From: an uncultured delta proteobacterium
Lineage (GTDB): Bacteria > Desulfobacterota > Binatia > HRBIN30 > BPIQ01
Assembly: GCA_963761335.1 (NCBI GenBank)
Contig: CAVXGR010000015.1
Location: 320,001-384,000, forward strand
Direction of reading: 5' to 3'
Length of the DNA: 64,000 nucleotides
The translations under genes and the position numbers were made by a program. Under the pieces are notes generated by a model that saw only the letters and a program-made list of their open reading frames with translations, was not told the DNA's origin and did not search any database. Within the stretch, counting starts at the first letter, position 1, and every line of letters begins with the position of its first letter. Shown one piece after another: positions 29,857-39,950 of the stretch.

Positions 29857-31467
29857 ATGGATTACCAGCAGACCTACCGGAGCTTCCGCTGGGACGTTCC
29901 GGCGCATTTCAACTTCAGCGTCGACGTCGTCGACCGCCTGGCGGCGGATCGCAGCCGGGCAGCGCTCTACTGGGAGGACGATGCCGGCCGCGAGAAGCGG
30001 CTGACGTTCTGGGACTTCGGCGTGCAGAGCCGTCGCTTCGCCAATGCTCTGCGCGGCCTCGGGCTGCGCCCCGGCGACCCGGTGATGATCATGCTGCCGC
30101 GCCTTCCCGAGTGGTTCAGCGCCTTTCTCGGAGCCCTGCGGGCCCGCGCCTTGGCGATCCCCTGCACCGCCAGCCTGCGCCCCAAGGACATCCGCTATCG
30201 CGCCCGCCACAGCGGCGCGCGCGCCATCGTCACCGTCCCGGAGAAGGTCGAGGAGGTCGAGGCGGTGCGCGCCGAATGCGAGGATCTGCGCGCCGCCATC
30301 GTCGTCGGCGCGGCTCCGGCGGGGTGGCACTCGTGGGATGATCTGCTGGCGGCCGCGCGGCCGGAGTGGAGCCCGGAGCCGACGCCCAGCGACGAGCCGG
30401 CGATCTGCTTCTACACGTCGGGCACCACCAAGGATCCGAAGGCCGTGCTGCACACCCACGCCTACACCTACGCGCATCGCTACACGGGTCGCTACTGGCT
30501 GCAGCTGCGCCCGGAGGATCTGCACTGGACGACCTCCGATACCGGTTGGGCCAAGGCCGCCTACGGGGTGCTCTTCGGTCCGTGGAACAACGGCGTGCCG
30601 GTGCTCATGTACAACGGCCGCTTCGAGCCGGAGAAGGAGCTGCGGCTGCTCGAGAAGTACGAGGTCAGCGTCTTCTGCGCACCGCCCACCGAGTACCGCC
30701 TGCTGGTGAAGGAAGATCTCTCGCGCTACCGCCTGCCGAGGCTGCGGCACTGCACCGGTGCCGGGGAGCCGCTCAACCCCGAGGTGATCCACGCCTGGGA
30801 GAAGGCCTTTCGCCTGCCCATCTACGACGGCTACGGGCAGACGGAGAGCATCATCATGGTGGCCAACATACCCGGCATCGACATCCGTCCGGGGTCGATG
30901 GGCAAGCCGTTTCCCGGACACGAGGTCGCCGTCATCGGTCCCGACAACCTCGAGCTCCCCGCCGGCGAGCCCGGGGATCTGGCGCTGCGCGGGCACGTGC
31001 CCGGTCTGTTCCGCGAGTACTGGAAGAATCCCGAGGAGACGGCGGCGAGCTGGCGCGGCGAGTGGTACATCACCGGTGATCGCGCCTACCGCGACGAGGA
31101 CGGCTATCTCTGGTTTGTCGGCCGCGCCGACGACGTCATCATCAGCGCCGGCTATCGCATCGGACCGTTCGAGGTGGAGAGCGCCCTGCTCGAGCATCCG
31201 GCGGTGCTCGAGTCGGCGGTGGTCGCCAGCCCGCACGCGGAGCGCGGCGCCATCGTCAAGGCGTTCGTCAAGCTGCGCCCCGGCCAGCAGGGGTCGGCGG
31301 CGCTCGTCCGCGAGCTTCAGGAGCACGTCAAGCGCGTCACCGCCCCATACAAGTACCCGCGCCAGATCGAGTTCATCGACGAGCTGCCGAAGACGGTCAG
31401 CGGCAAGATCCGCCGCGTCGAGCTGCGCCAGCGCGAGGAGCGGCGGGGCGGAGCCGGCGCAGAGTAG
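29857..31467 (+). CDS. Acyl-CoA synthetase (ACSM / medium-chain, AMP-binding)
   Basis: YTSGTT..PK, YGQTE, TGD, GRADD, PKTVSGKI. Confidence 0.92.
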   Translation: MDYQQTYRSFRWDVPAHFNFSVDVVDRLAADRSRAALYWEDDAGREKRLTFWDFGVQSRRFANALRGLGLRPGDPVMIMLPRLPEWFSAFLGALRARALAIPCTASLRPKDIRYRARHSGARAIVTVPEKVEEVEAVRAECEDLRAAIVVGAAPAGWHSWDDLLAAARPEWSPEPTPSDEPAICFYTSGTTKDPKAVLHTHAYTYAHRYTGRYWLQLRPEDLHWTTSDTGWAKAAYGVLFGPWNNGVPVLMYNGRFEPEKELRLLEKYEVSVFCAPPTEYRLLVKEDLSRYRLPRLRHCTGAGEPLNPEVIHAWEKAFRLPIYDGYGQTESIIMVANIPGIDIRPGSMGKPFPGHEVAVIGPDNLELPAGEPGDLALRGHVPGLFREYWKNPEETAASWRGEWYITGDRAYRDEDGYLWFVGRADDVIISAGYRIGPFEVESALLEHPAVLESAVVASPHAERGAIVKAFVKLRPGQQGSAALVRELQEHVKRVTAPYKYPRQIEFIDELPKTVSGKIRRVELRQREERRGGAGAE

Positions 31468-31475
31468 GAACACAG

Positions 31476-31551
31476 TATCTCGGTGGCTCGGTTTCTCGGT
31501 CTCTCGGTGGTTAGCTACTGAGCCACCGAGCCACCGAGAAACCGAGCCACC
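31476..31551. repeat. Inverted arrays of 8-mers (CTCGGTGG / CCACCGAG)
   Basis: GTATCTCGGTGGCTCGGTTTCTCGGTCTCTCGGTGG ... GAGCCACCGAGCCACCGAGAAACCGAGCCACC; same family as 20056-20199. Confidence 0.75.
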
Positions 31552-31592
31552 AATCCTTGACCCTCGCGGCGTTGGGGAGCTATCGGAGAACG

Positions 31593-32657
31593 ATGGCGAT
31601 TCGGACGGTCGAGTGGCGCAACGGCAGCGTCGTCATGCTGGATCAACGCCTGCTGCCGACGCGGGAAGTGTATCGTGTCTACCGCGACCACCGGGAGGTG
31701 GCGCGCGCGATCAAGGACATGGTGGTGCGCGGCGCTCCGGCGATCGGCGTCGCCGCGGCGATGGGCATCGCCCTCGGCGCGGCGCAGGCGCGCGATGCCG
31801 AGCTGAGCCGTTCCTTCGAGCGCATCTGCCGGCGCTTTGCCGCCACTCGCCCGACCGCCGTCAACCTGTTCTGGGCCATCGAGCGCATGCGACGCGCCTA
31901 CGCGCGTCACCGCGGGCGCCCCGCGGAGGTCATTCGCGAGGTGCTGCGCCAGGAAGCGCTGTCGATTCACGCCGAGGACATCGCCGCCAACCGCGCCATG
32001 GGCGCCCATGGCGCACCTCTGATTCCAAAGGGCGCCACCGTGCTGACCCACTGCAACGCAGGTGCTCTGGCGACCGCCGGTTACGGCACGGCGCTGGGCA
32101 TCATCCGCGCCGCCCATGCGCGCCGCGGCGGTGTCAGCGTGGTCGCCACCGAGACCCGTCCCTTCCTGCAGGGAGCGCGGCTCACCTCCTGGGAGCTGAA
32201 GAAGGATCGCATTCCGGTGACCTTGATCACCGACGGCATGGCCGGCCTGCTGATGCAGCAGGGCAAGATCGACTGTGTCGTCGTCGGCACCGACCGCACC
32301 GCAGCCAACGGCGACGTCGCCAACAAGATCGGCACCTACACCCTGGCGGTGCTGGCGCATCGCCACAAGATTCCCTTCTACGTCGCCGCGCCGACCTCCT
32401 CGATCGACCTGCGCTGCAAGTCCGGTCGCGACATCCCCATCGAGGAGCGCTCCCCCCGCGAGGTGACCCACATCGGCGAACGGCAGCTGGCACCCACTGG
32501 CGTCCGCGTCTTCAACCCGGCGTTCGACGTCACCCCCCACGAGCTGGTGACCGCGATCGTCACCGAGAGCGGCGTGGCGAAGCCTCCCTATCGCAGCTCG
32601 CTGGCGCGCCTGGTGCGCGCCTCCGCCGCTGCCCCCAAGGCCCGCGCCTCGGTCTGA
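31593..32657 (+). CDS. mtnA: S-methyl-5-thioribose-1-phosphate isomerase
   Basis: [50 protein letters not shown]. Confidence 0.95.
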   Translation: MAIRTVEWRNGSVVMLDQRLLPTREVYRVYRDHREVARAIKDMVVRGAPAIGVAAAMGIALGAAQARDAELSRSFERICRRFAATRPTAVNLFWAIERMRRAYARHRGRPAEVIREVLRQEALSIHAEDIAANRAMGAHGAPLIPKGATVLTHCNAGALATAGYGTALGIIRAAHARRGGVSVVATETRPFLQGARLTSWELKKDRIPVTLITDGMAGLLMQQGKIDCVVVGTDRTAANGDVANKIGTYTLAVLAHRHKIPFYVAAPTSSIDLRCKSGRDIPIEERSPREVTHIGERQLAPTGVRVFNPAFDVTPHELVTAIVTESGVAKPPYRSSLARLVRASAAAPKARASV

Positions 32658-32665
32658 GGCGGCGC

Positions 32666-33568
32666 TCAGGCGAAGAATTTCTCGGCGCTCGCCGAGGCCA
32701 CCTCGATGCGCTTGACCTCTTCGTTGCGAAAGACGCTGAACACCATCTGATCGCCGGGGCGGTGCGTCCACAGGCAGGAGTAGAGCTGGCCGCGAGCGGT
32801 CACCTGCTCGCCGTTGACGGCGAGGATGACGTCGCCCGGCCTCAGACCCGCGGTGTCGGCGGGTGCACCCGGGAAGACGCCGGCGATGACCACGTGGTCC
32901 TGTTGGGCGTAGCAGTAGAAGCCGATCCAGGCGCGCGACGGGGATTGCGCCCGGCGGCCGAAGCGCAGCAGCTCCTCGCGGTGGTCGAGAAACTCCTCCG
33001 CGGGAATGGCGAGCGTGAAGCGGCCGATCTCGCCGAGGTCGAGGGCGACGATGCCGATCATGTTGCCGTGGCTGTCGAACAGCGGCGCGCCGCCGACGCC
33101 CGGGTTGACCGCCGTGGTGATGATGGCCCGCTCGAGGCGATACTCCCAGTAGGCGTCGAAGGGGCTGAGCGAGGTGATGGCGCCGTTGTTTCCACGGCGC
33201 TCGGCGCCGCCGACGCTGGCGATGATGAAGACCTCGTCGCCGACCTTCGCCTCTGCGGAGCTGTGCGGTGTCACCGTCGGGCAGAGCGTCTGGCAATCGA
33301 TCTTGACCAGGGCGAGGCCGCTGGTGAACTCCTTGGCGACCACCTGACCGGTGTAGATCTCGCCGTCCAGGGTGGTGACCTCGACATGCTCGGCGCCGAG
33401 GAGAACGTAGTTGACCGTGAGAATCAGGCCGTCGGGATCGACGATGGTGCCCGTGCCGCGGCGCTCGGTGCCGAGAATCGCGGCCGACGGATGGCTCTCC
33501 GGAATCTCCGCCATCAGCCCCACGGTGGCGGGAGCGACACGGCCGATCAGGTGGACCGAGGCGTTCAC
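32666..33568 (-). CDS. S1C (HtrA-like) trypsin-PDZ protein, catalytic triad apparently degenerate
   Basis: GTGTIV, ILTVNYV (His replaced by Tyr), VNPGVGGAPL (Ser replaced by Gly), C-terminal PDZ GLRPGDVIL. Confidence 0.8.
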   Translation of the reverse strand: MNASVHLIGRVAPATVGLMAEIPESHPSAAILGTERRGTGTIVDPDGLILTVNYVLLGAEHVEVTTLDGEIYTGQVVAKEFTSGLALVKIDCQTLCPTVTPHSSAEAKVGDEVFIIASVGGAERRGNNGAITSLSPFDAYWEYRLERAIITTAVNPGVGGAPLFDSHGNMIGIVALDLGEIGRFTLAIPAEEFLDHREELLRFGRRAQSPSRAWIGFYCYAQQDHVVIAGVFPGAPADTAGLRPGDVILAVNGEQVTARGQLYSCLWTHRPGDQMVFSVFRNEEVKRIEVASASAEKFFA

Positions 33569-33638
33569 GAAAGCTCTCTCATTGCACGGCTGAAGGCCGC
33601 TCGCTAAGACTCGCAGAGCTGTCAAAAGCAGGAAAGCC

Positions 33639-35076
33639 ATGGCGACGCAAGGCGTCCATCTCGCGCTCACCCCGATCGAGCTCCTCCAGCGGCTGCCGCG
33701 CGCTGCGGGCACCTTTCTGCTCGATGGCGGCACGGAACGGTCGTGGGGTTGCGGCTGCGCCGTGCTCGGATGCGAGCCGTCGGCGCTCGCCGTCGTCGAC
33801 GCCGGCGGCGGCTCGTGGTGGATCACGGCGCAGGGGCGCGAGCGCCGCAATGAGTCTCCCCTGGATCTGCTGCAGCGCCTCGTCGACGAGGCCGGCGATG
33901 ACGGCGGCGGTGACGACGACGGCCTGCCGGCGGGCGGTGTCGCCTGCGCCCTCGGCTACGACCTGGCGCCCTGGCTGGAGAAGCTGCCGGCCCCGCCGGA
34001 CTCCGACGTCGATCTGCCGTTGCTCTTTGCCGCGGCGCACCCGTGGACTCTCGTCTACTCGTATGCGGATCGCAGCTACACGCTGCGCTCGCGGCGGCTG
34101 TCGGCCGGGCAGCTCGCCGCGGTGGCGGGACGCCTGCAGGCCTGGGCCCGCTGCGCCGCTGCGGTTGCGTCCCCAGCGGCGCGACCCGGCGCCGTGACCT
34201 CCAATGTGAGCCGCAGCGTCTATCTGGCGGCGGTGCGCCGCGCTCTCGAGTACATCGCCGCCGGCGACGTCTACCAGGTAAACCTGGCGCAGCGCTTTGC
34301 GGTACGCATGGAGATGGCGCCGGCGGCGCTCTTCGGCGCGCTGGCTTCTGGCGCATCCGGCGCCGTACTCCGCCTACCTCGACGGTGGGGAGTTTGCGCT
34401 GGTGTCGAACTCCCCGGAGTGCTTCCTCGAACGCGACGGCGATCGGGTCGCCACCTTCCCGATCAAGGGGACGCGGCGGCGAGGCGCCAGCGCCGCCGAC
34501 GATCGGCGCCTTCTCGACGAGCTGCGCGCCAGCGAGAAGGAGCGCGCCGAGCACCTGATGATCGTCGACCTGGAGCGCAACGATCTCGGACGCGTCTGTC
34601 GATTCGGATCTGTTCGCGTTCCCGAGCTGGCGCGCCCCAGCAGCTTGCCGAGTCTGCATCACCTCGAATCGGTGGTGGAGGGCCGGCTCCGGCCGCGGGT
34701 GTCCACTGCCGATCTGCTGCGGGCCACCTTCCCCGGAGGCTCGATCAGCGGCGCCCCGAAGATCCGCGCCATGGAGATCATCGCCGAGCTGGAGAGCGCG
34801 CCGCGGCGATTCTACACCGGCGCCATCGGCTTCATCGACGGCGCCCGTTGGGCCCGCCTCAACATCGCCATCCGCACCGCCGTCGTCGCCGGACCGCGCC
34901 TGCTTTACCACAGCGGCGGCGGCATCGTCGCCGACTCCGTGCCGGAACGGGAATACGAGGAGACTATGCTGAAGGCGCAGAGCTTCTTTGCGGCGATCGG
35001 CGCCGATGCGCCGGCTGCCGAGAATGCCGGCCCGGCGCCGAGCGCGCCGACGCCGAGCCGCACGGTGGCCGCATGA
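33639..35076 (+). pseudogene. pabB: Aminodeoxychorismate / anthranilate synthase component I with a frameshift near 34345
   Basis: N-terminal frame (LGYDL, GDVYQVNLAQR) switches to the +1 frame, which carries PAPYSAYL, SPECFL, PIKGT, MIVDLERND, GAPKIRAM. Confidence 0.85.
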
Positions 35077-35939
35077 CCGCGCTGCGCGGTGCCGTCCATC
35101 TCAACGGCCGCCTGGTCAGCGCCGCGCGGGCGCGCGTCAGCGTCTTCGATCGCGGCTTTCTCTACGGAGACGGCCTCTTCGAGACGGTGCGCACCTATGG
35201 CGGTGTGCCCTTCGCTCTCGCCGAGCACCTCGAGCGGTTGCAGGCCTCGTGTGCGTTTCTCGGCATCCCCTTTCCGCAGGTGCCGTGGGAGCGGCGTATC
35301 GGCGAGCTGCTGCGACGCAACCGCCTGCGGCGCGCCGACGCCTGGGCGCGGCTGACGCTGACCCGTGGCGTGGCGCCCGCGGGTCTGGCGCCGCCGCCGC
35401 GGGTGACGCCGACCGTGTTGATCATCGCCGGCCGCGTCGATGCCGGCGTCGAACGGCTGCAGCGCCGCGGCGCGCCGGTCGTGCTGCTGCCCTTCGGGCG
35501 CAGCGGCTTCATGGCCGAGCACAAGACGCTCGACTACGTCGCCGGCGCCCTCGGCAAGACCCTGGCCTCGCACCACCGCGCCTTCGAGGGACTCTACGTC
35601 GGTGCCGACGGCCTGGTGACGGAGGGAACCACCAGCAATGTCTTTGCGGTCCGTCGCGGCCGGCTGATGACGCCGCCGCTGGGCGGGATTCTCCCCGGAG
35701 TGATGCGCCGTCATGTCATCGCCCTGGCGCGCCAGAACGGCACGGAGGTGGTCGAGGCGCCGCTTTCCGCCGGGGCCCTCGCCGAAGCCGACGAGGTCTT
35801 CCTCACCTCGTCAGTGGTCGAGATCGTGCCGGTCGTCCGGGTGGACGAGTGGCCGATCGGCACCGGCCGGCCCGGCCCGCTCACCCGGGCCCTGCAGCGG
35901 CGCCTGCGCCGGCTGGTCGTCTCCCTGCCTGGCAAATGA
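35073..35939 (+). CDS. pabC: Aminotransferase class IV (ADC lyase-like)
   Basis: ATGA overlap with the pabB stop. DRGFLYGDGLFET, HKT, EGTTSNVF, ILPGV. Confidence 0.85.
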   Translation: MTALRGAVHLNGRLVSAARARVSVFDRGFLYGDGLFETVRTYGGVPFALAEHLERLQASCAFLGIPFPQVPWERRIGELLRRNRLRRADAWARLTLTRGVAPAGLAPPPRVTPTVLIIAGRVDAGVERLQRRGAPVVLLPFGRSGFMAEHKTLDYVAGALGKTLASHHRAFEGLYVGADGLVTEGTTSNVFAVRRGRLMTPPLGGILPGVMRRHVIALARQNGTEVVEAPLSAGALAEADEVFLTSSVVEIVPVVRVDEWPIGTGRPGPLTRALQRRLRRLVVSLPGK

Positions 35940-36091
35940 TCATTTTTGACGGTTCGGCTGGCGCGGTGTGAACACTTCCCAAGCGGTTTGGCAGTGCTAG
36001 GCAGCGGGTTCATCCCCCCGGGGGGCCATGGCAGCATTATTGCTTTGTTGGAGCATCGAGCGTTCCAGAGGCGCTCGAGGGAGGGTGTGAC

Positions 36092-36490
36092 ATGCTGCGC
36101 CAAAACAAAGAACCGATACACGTTGAGCAGTTCCTCCACGACCTCTTCGGGCCGGACCTGGTCCTTCCGGAGCAGTTCTACGGTGTGAGGGGGGAGGGCT
36201 GTCCTCTGCGGGGTGAGCGGGCGTTGATGTGGGCGGTTCTGACCGACGGCATCGAGACCTTCTGGCGCACCTCACAGAGCCACGCCGAGCGCGACGTCGA
36301 GGAGTTCGAGGAGACGCGTGTCTGGGTCCAGGCAACCGACTGGGACTCGATCTTCTCCTTTGTGAACCTCTGCGAGCTCTTCGGCATGGACCCGACATCG
36401 GTGCGCAGCGCCCTGCTCGATTCGGTGCGCAGCCGCGAGGCCGCCGGCCGTCGCCAGCGCTTCCGCCCGGTCACCCTGCGCGCCGCGTAA
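36092..36490 (+). CDS. Conserved hypothetical protein
   Basis: SD GGAGGG. PDLVLPEQF..GERALM.AVL..FSFVNLCE pattern looks like a conserved family. Confidence 0.65.
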   Translation: MLRQNKEPIHVEQFLHDLFGPDLVLPEQFYGVRGEGCPLRGERALMWAVLTDGIETFWRTSQSHAERDVEEFEETRVWVQATDWDSIFSFVNLCELFGMDPTSVRSALLDSVRSREAAGRRQRFRPVTLRAA

Positions 36491-36576
36491 GGCCCTGGGG
36501 GCGCGGCCATCCTGGCCGCCACCCCGAGGCAATAGGGACAGGGCAACCGGCGGGCATTCGGCGGCTTCCCCTCTGT

Positions 36577-36638
36577 CATTCCCGGTTCTCATCCCCGGTT
36601 CTCATCGGGATGAGAACCGGGGATGAGAACCGGGAATG
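36577..36638. repeat. Perfect palindrome, 30-bp arms with 2-nt loop, built from a 14-bp tandem unit
   Basis: CATTCCCGGTTCTCATCCCCGGTTCTCATC-GG-GATGAGAACCGGGGATGAGAACCGGGAATG. A half copy occurs at 41440-41458. Confidence 0.85.
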
Positions 36639-36676
36639 TGGGGGCCGGAGGGGGAGATCCCTGCCCCACACCCCGG

Positions 36677-36705
36677 TTGACAACCCCTCCTGGCTTCTAT
36701 AATTT
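36677..36705 (+). promoter_or_regulatory. Sigma-70 promoter of the ffh operon
   Basis: TTGACA at 36677, TATAAT at 36698 (15-nt spacer; TAATTT at 17 nt is an alternative). Confidence 0.65.
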
Positions 36706-36761
36706 TCGCTGTTCTTAGGAGCATGTTTCCGGCCGGGGGCCGGCGCCTTCCCTTCTTTCTC

Positions 36762-38093
36762 ATGTTCGACAATCTCACCGACAAGCTCGACCAGACCCTG
36801 CGCAAGCTTCGCGGCCTCGGCAGGATCACCGAGAGCAACATCGAGGACGCGGTGCGCGAGGTGCGCCTGGCGTTGCTGGAGGCGGACGTCCATTTCCAGG
36901 TGGTCAAGGAGTTCGTCGAGCGGGTTCGCCAGGCGGCGCTCGGGCAGGAAGTGCTGCGCAGTCTCACCCCGGAGCAGCATTTCATCAAGATCGTCAACGC
37001 CGAGCTGCGCCACATCATGGGGGATCAGGCCGTCGAGATGGATCTCGCCGCCGCTCCTCCCGTGGTCATCATGCTGGTCGGCTTGCAGGGCTCCGGTAAG
37101 ACGACCACGGTCGCCAAGCTCGCCCGCTACCTGCGGGACGAGAAGAAGCGCAGCCCCTATCTGGTCCCCGCCGACGTCTACCGCCCGGCCGCCATCGAGC
37201 AGCTGATCACCCTTGGCGCGCAGATCGGAGTTCCGGTGCACCCTTCGGAGCCGGGTGCCGATCCCGTCGAGCTCTGTCGCGCCGGCGCGGCGGCGGCGAA
37301 GGACCGGGCGCACGACGTGTGCATCCTCGACACCGCCGGCCGGCTCCATATCGACGACCAGCTGATGGGCGAGCTGGAGCGGATCAAGGGCGCGGTGACG
37401 CCGCATCAGATCCTGCTGGTGGTCGACTCCATGGTCGGCCAGGACGCGGTGAACGTCGCCAACGGCTTTCACCAGCGCCTCGGCATCGACGGTGTCGTCC
37501 TCACCAAGCTCGACGGCGATGCCCGCGGCGGTGCGGCGCTGTCGGTGCGCGCCGCCACCGGACGGCCGATCCTGTTCAGCGGCACCGGCGAGAAGGTGGA
37601 CGCCATCGAGGTCTTCCACCCCGATCGCATGGCGACGCGCATCCTCGGCATGGGCGACGTCATGACCCTGATCGAGCGCGCCGAGCGCGCCTACGATCAG
37701 GATCAGGCGGCGCAGCTCGAGCGCAAGCTGCGCCGCAACGAGTTCACCCTCGAGGATTTCCGCGATCAGCTGCGCGCCGTGCGCAAGATGGGCTCGATGG
37801 GCGATCTGCTCGGCATGATCCCGGGGATGAAGAAGCTCACCGGCGGCGTCGACGTCGGCAAGGCGGAGAAGGAGCTGCGCCGCATCGAGGCCATCATCAG
37901 CTCGATGACCAAGGAAGAGCGCCGCAATCACAACATCCTCAACGGCAGCCGCCGCAAGCGCATCGCCGCCGGCAGCGGCACTTCGGTCACCGACGTCAAC
38001 CGTTTCCTCAAGCAGTATCTGGAAACCAAGAAGATCATGAAACGGATGAGCAAGCTTGCCGGGCGGGGTATCCCCCAGGGCCTTCCGTTCTGA
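36762..38093 (+). CDS. ffh: Signal recognition particle protein
   Basis: GLQGSGKTT, DTAGRL, TKLDGDARGG, M domain SRRKRIAAGSG. Confidence 0.97.
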   Translation: MFDNLTDKLDQTLRKLRGLGRITESNIEDAVREVRLALLEADVHFQVVKEFVERVRQAALGQEVLRSLTPEQHFIKIVNAELRHIMGDQAVEMDLAAAPPVVIMLVGLQGSGKTTTVAKLARYLRDEKKRSPYLVPADVYRPAAIEQLITLGAQIGVPVHPSEPGADPVELCRAGAAAAKDRAHDVCILDTAGRLHIDDQLMGELERIKGAVTPHQILLVVDSMVGQDAVNVANGFHQRLGIDGVVLTKLDGDARGGAALSVRAATGRPILFSGTGEKVDAIEVFHPDRMATRILGMGDVMTLIERAERAYDQDQAAQLERKLRRNEFTLEDFRDQLRAVRKMGSMGDLLGMIPGMKKLTGGVDVGKAEKELRRIEAIISSMTKEERRNHNILNGSRRKRIAAGSGTSVTDVNRFLKQYLETKKIMKRMSKLAGRGIPQGLPF

Positions 38094-38126
38094 TTTACTG
38101 GACCTAGCACAAGGAGAGGGATTCCG

Positions 38127-38402
38127 ATGGCAACCTCAATTCGGCTCGCCCGTCACGGCGCCAAGAAGCACCCCGTCTATCGCATCATCGTCACCGACTC
38201 GCGCTCCCCGCGAGACGGCCGGCGGCTCGATCAGGTCGGCTTCTACGACCCGAATCAGGAGCCGGTGCACGTGCAGTTTCAGGAGGACAAGCTCGCCCTC
38301 TGGCTGCAGCGCGGCGCCCGCCCCTCGCAGACCGTCGCCCAGCTGATCAAGCGCAGCGGCCTGCCTCGGCCGGCGGCGGAGACCACGGAGGCTCCGTCAT
38401 GA
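38127..38402 (+). CDS. rpsP: 30S ribosomal protein S16
   Basis: IRLARHGAKKHPVYRIIVTDSRSPRDG; operon context. Confidence 0.97.
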   Translation: MATSIRLARHGAKKHPVYRIIVTDSRSPRDGRRLDQVGFYDPNQEPVHVQFQEDKLALWLQRGARPSQTVAQLIKRSGLPRPAAETTEAPS

Positions 38403-38641
38403 AGGAGCTCCTCGAGTTCCTCGCCAGGTCGCTGGTGAACCACCCGGATTCGGTGGAGGTCGTCGAGACGCAGGGCGACACCGCCTCCGTGCTGGAGCTC
38501 AAGGTGGCAAAAGAGGATCTCGGGCGCATCATCGGCAAGCAGGGTCGCACGGCCAAGTCCATCCGCACGATCCTGAATGCGGCGGCCTCGCGCACCAACC
38601 GCAAGGTGGTGCTCGACATCGTCGAAGAGAAAGAGAAGTAG
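38399..38641 (+). CDS. khpA: KH-domain RNA-binding protein KhpA
   Basis: DLGRIIGKQGRTA; lies between rpsP and rimM. Confidence 0.93.
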   Translation: MKELLEFLARSLVNHPDSVEVVETQGDTASVLELKVAKEDLGRIIGKQGRTAKSIRTILNAAASRTNRKVVLDIVEEKEK

Positions 38642-38710
38642 ACGACGCGCGGCGGCCACGCACCGCCGCCCGGCAGCGCCGAGCGGCCCAGTGACCAAGC
38701 CCCCGCCCTG

Positions 38711-39214
38711 TTGACGCTCGGCACTCTGGTCAACACCCATGGCGTGCGCGGCGAGCTCCGCCTGCGGCCGCACAATCCGGATACGGCAGCGGTATCCCCT
38801 GGGGCACCGCTCTTCCTGCGCCGGGACGGCAAGACCCGCGAGGTGTGCGTGCTCGGCGTCCGCCCCCACAAGAACTATCTCCTGCTCACCATCGAGGGCG
38901 TCGATTCCATGACCGCAGCGGAGGCTCTCGTGGGCGGCGAGCTGCTGATTGCCGCCGACCTCCTGCCGGCTCTGGAGGAAGGGGAGGTCTATCACTATCA
39001 GCTGGTCGGCTGCCGGGTGGTGACCACTGCGGGCGAGGAGATCGGCGAGGTGACCGAGATCTTCACCACCGCCGCCAACGACGTCTGCGTCGTGCGCCGG
39101 TCACAGGGGCAGGAGGTGATGATCCCGCTGATCGCGGAGGTCGTGCGCGAGATCGACACCGCCGCCGGCCGCCTGGTGATCGAACCCCTGCCCGGGCTCC
39201 TCGATCCGCCCTGA
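38711..39214 (+). CDS. rimM: Ribosome maturation factor RimM
   Basis: [23 protein letters not shown]. Start codon uncertain (TTG, no SD). Confidence 0.93.
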   Translation: MTLGTLVNTHGVRGELRLRPHNPDTAAVSPGAPLFLRRDGKTREVCVLGVRPHKNYLLLTIEGVDSMTAAEALVGGELLIAADLLPALEEGEVYHYQLVGCRVVTTAGEEIGEVTEIFTTAANDVCVVRRSQGQEVMIPLIAEVVREIDTAAGRLVIEPLPGLLDPP

Positions 39215-39221
39215 AGGGCCG

Positions 39222-39950
39222 ATGCGCTTCGACCTGATCACGCTCTTTCCCGAGTTCTTCGAGTCGCCGCTCAACGCCACCATGCTGCGCAAGGGGCAGG
39301 AGCGCGGCGCCCTGCAGTTCCGCCTCTTCGACGTCCGCACCTACGCCGCCGGAAGGCATCGGGTCACCGACGACGCCCCGTACGGCGGCGGCGCCGGCAT
39401 GGTGATGAAGGTCGAGCCGCTGGTCGGCGCCATCGAGGCGGCGATGGCGACCACGCCGCCGCCCTATCGCATTCTCCTCTCCCCCCAGGGAGAGCGCCTC
39501 GATCCGGAGCGGGCACGCCAGCTGGCGCAGCGGCCGGCGCTGGCCCTGATCGCCGGCCGCTACGAGGGCATCGACGAACGGGTGCGCGACTTCGTCGATG
39601 CGGAGATCTCGATCGGCGACTACGTGCTCTCCGGCGGCGAGGTCGCGGCACTGGTGGTGCTCGACGCCGTCAGCCGCTTCGTCCCCGGAGTGCTCGGCAA
39701 CCAGGAGTCGGCGGCCGCCGAGTCGTTCGCCGACGGCCTGCTGGAGTATCCGCAGTACACCCGGCCGCCGGAGTTCCGCGGCATGCCGGTGCCGGAGATC
39801 CTCCTCGGCGGCGACCACGGCGCCGTGGCCCGCTGGCGGCGCCAGCAGTCGCTGCGGCGCACCGCCGAGCGGCGTCCCGATCTGCTCGAGCAGGCGCCTC
39901 TCACCGCCGAGGACCGCGACTTTCTCCGGCGGCGGCGCTCGCATGAGTGA
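39222..39950 (+). CDS. trmD: tRNA (guanine-N1)-methyltransferase
   Basis: [39 protein letters not shown]. Confidence 0.97.
   Translation: MRFDLITLFPEFFESPLNATMLRKGQERGALQFRLFDVRTYAAGRHRVTDDAPYGGGAGMVMKVEPLVGAIEAAMATTPPPYRILLSPQGERLDPERARQLAQRPALALIAGRYEGIDERVRDFVDAEISIGDYVLSGGEVAALVVLDAVSRFVPGVLGNQESAAAESFADGLLEYPQYTRPPEFRGMPVPEILLGGDHGAVARWRRQQSLRRTAERRPDLLEQAPLTAEDRDFLRRRRSHE

Noticed and set aside
33639..35939. 766-aa PabB-PabC fusion in the ORF track
   Set aside because: The middle third is off-frame nonsense; the true PabB C-terminus is in another frame and pabC has its own coupled ATG at 35073.
36490..36760. SRP RNA or riboswitch upstream of ffh
   Set aside because: No SRP domain IV motif or recognisable aptamer seen; an Rfam/Infernal scan would be needed.
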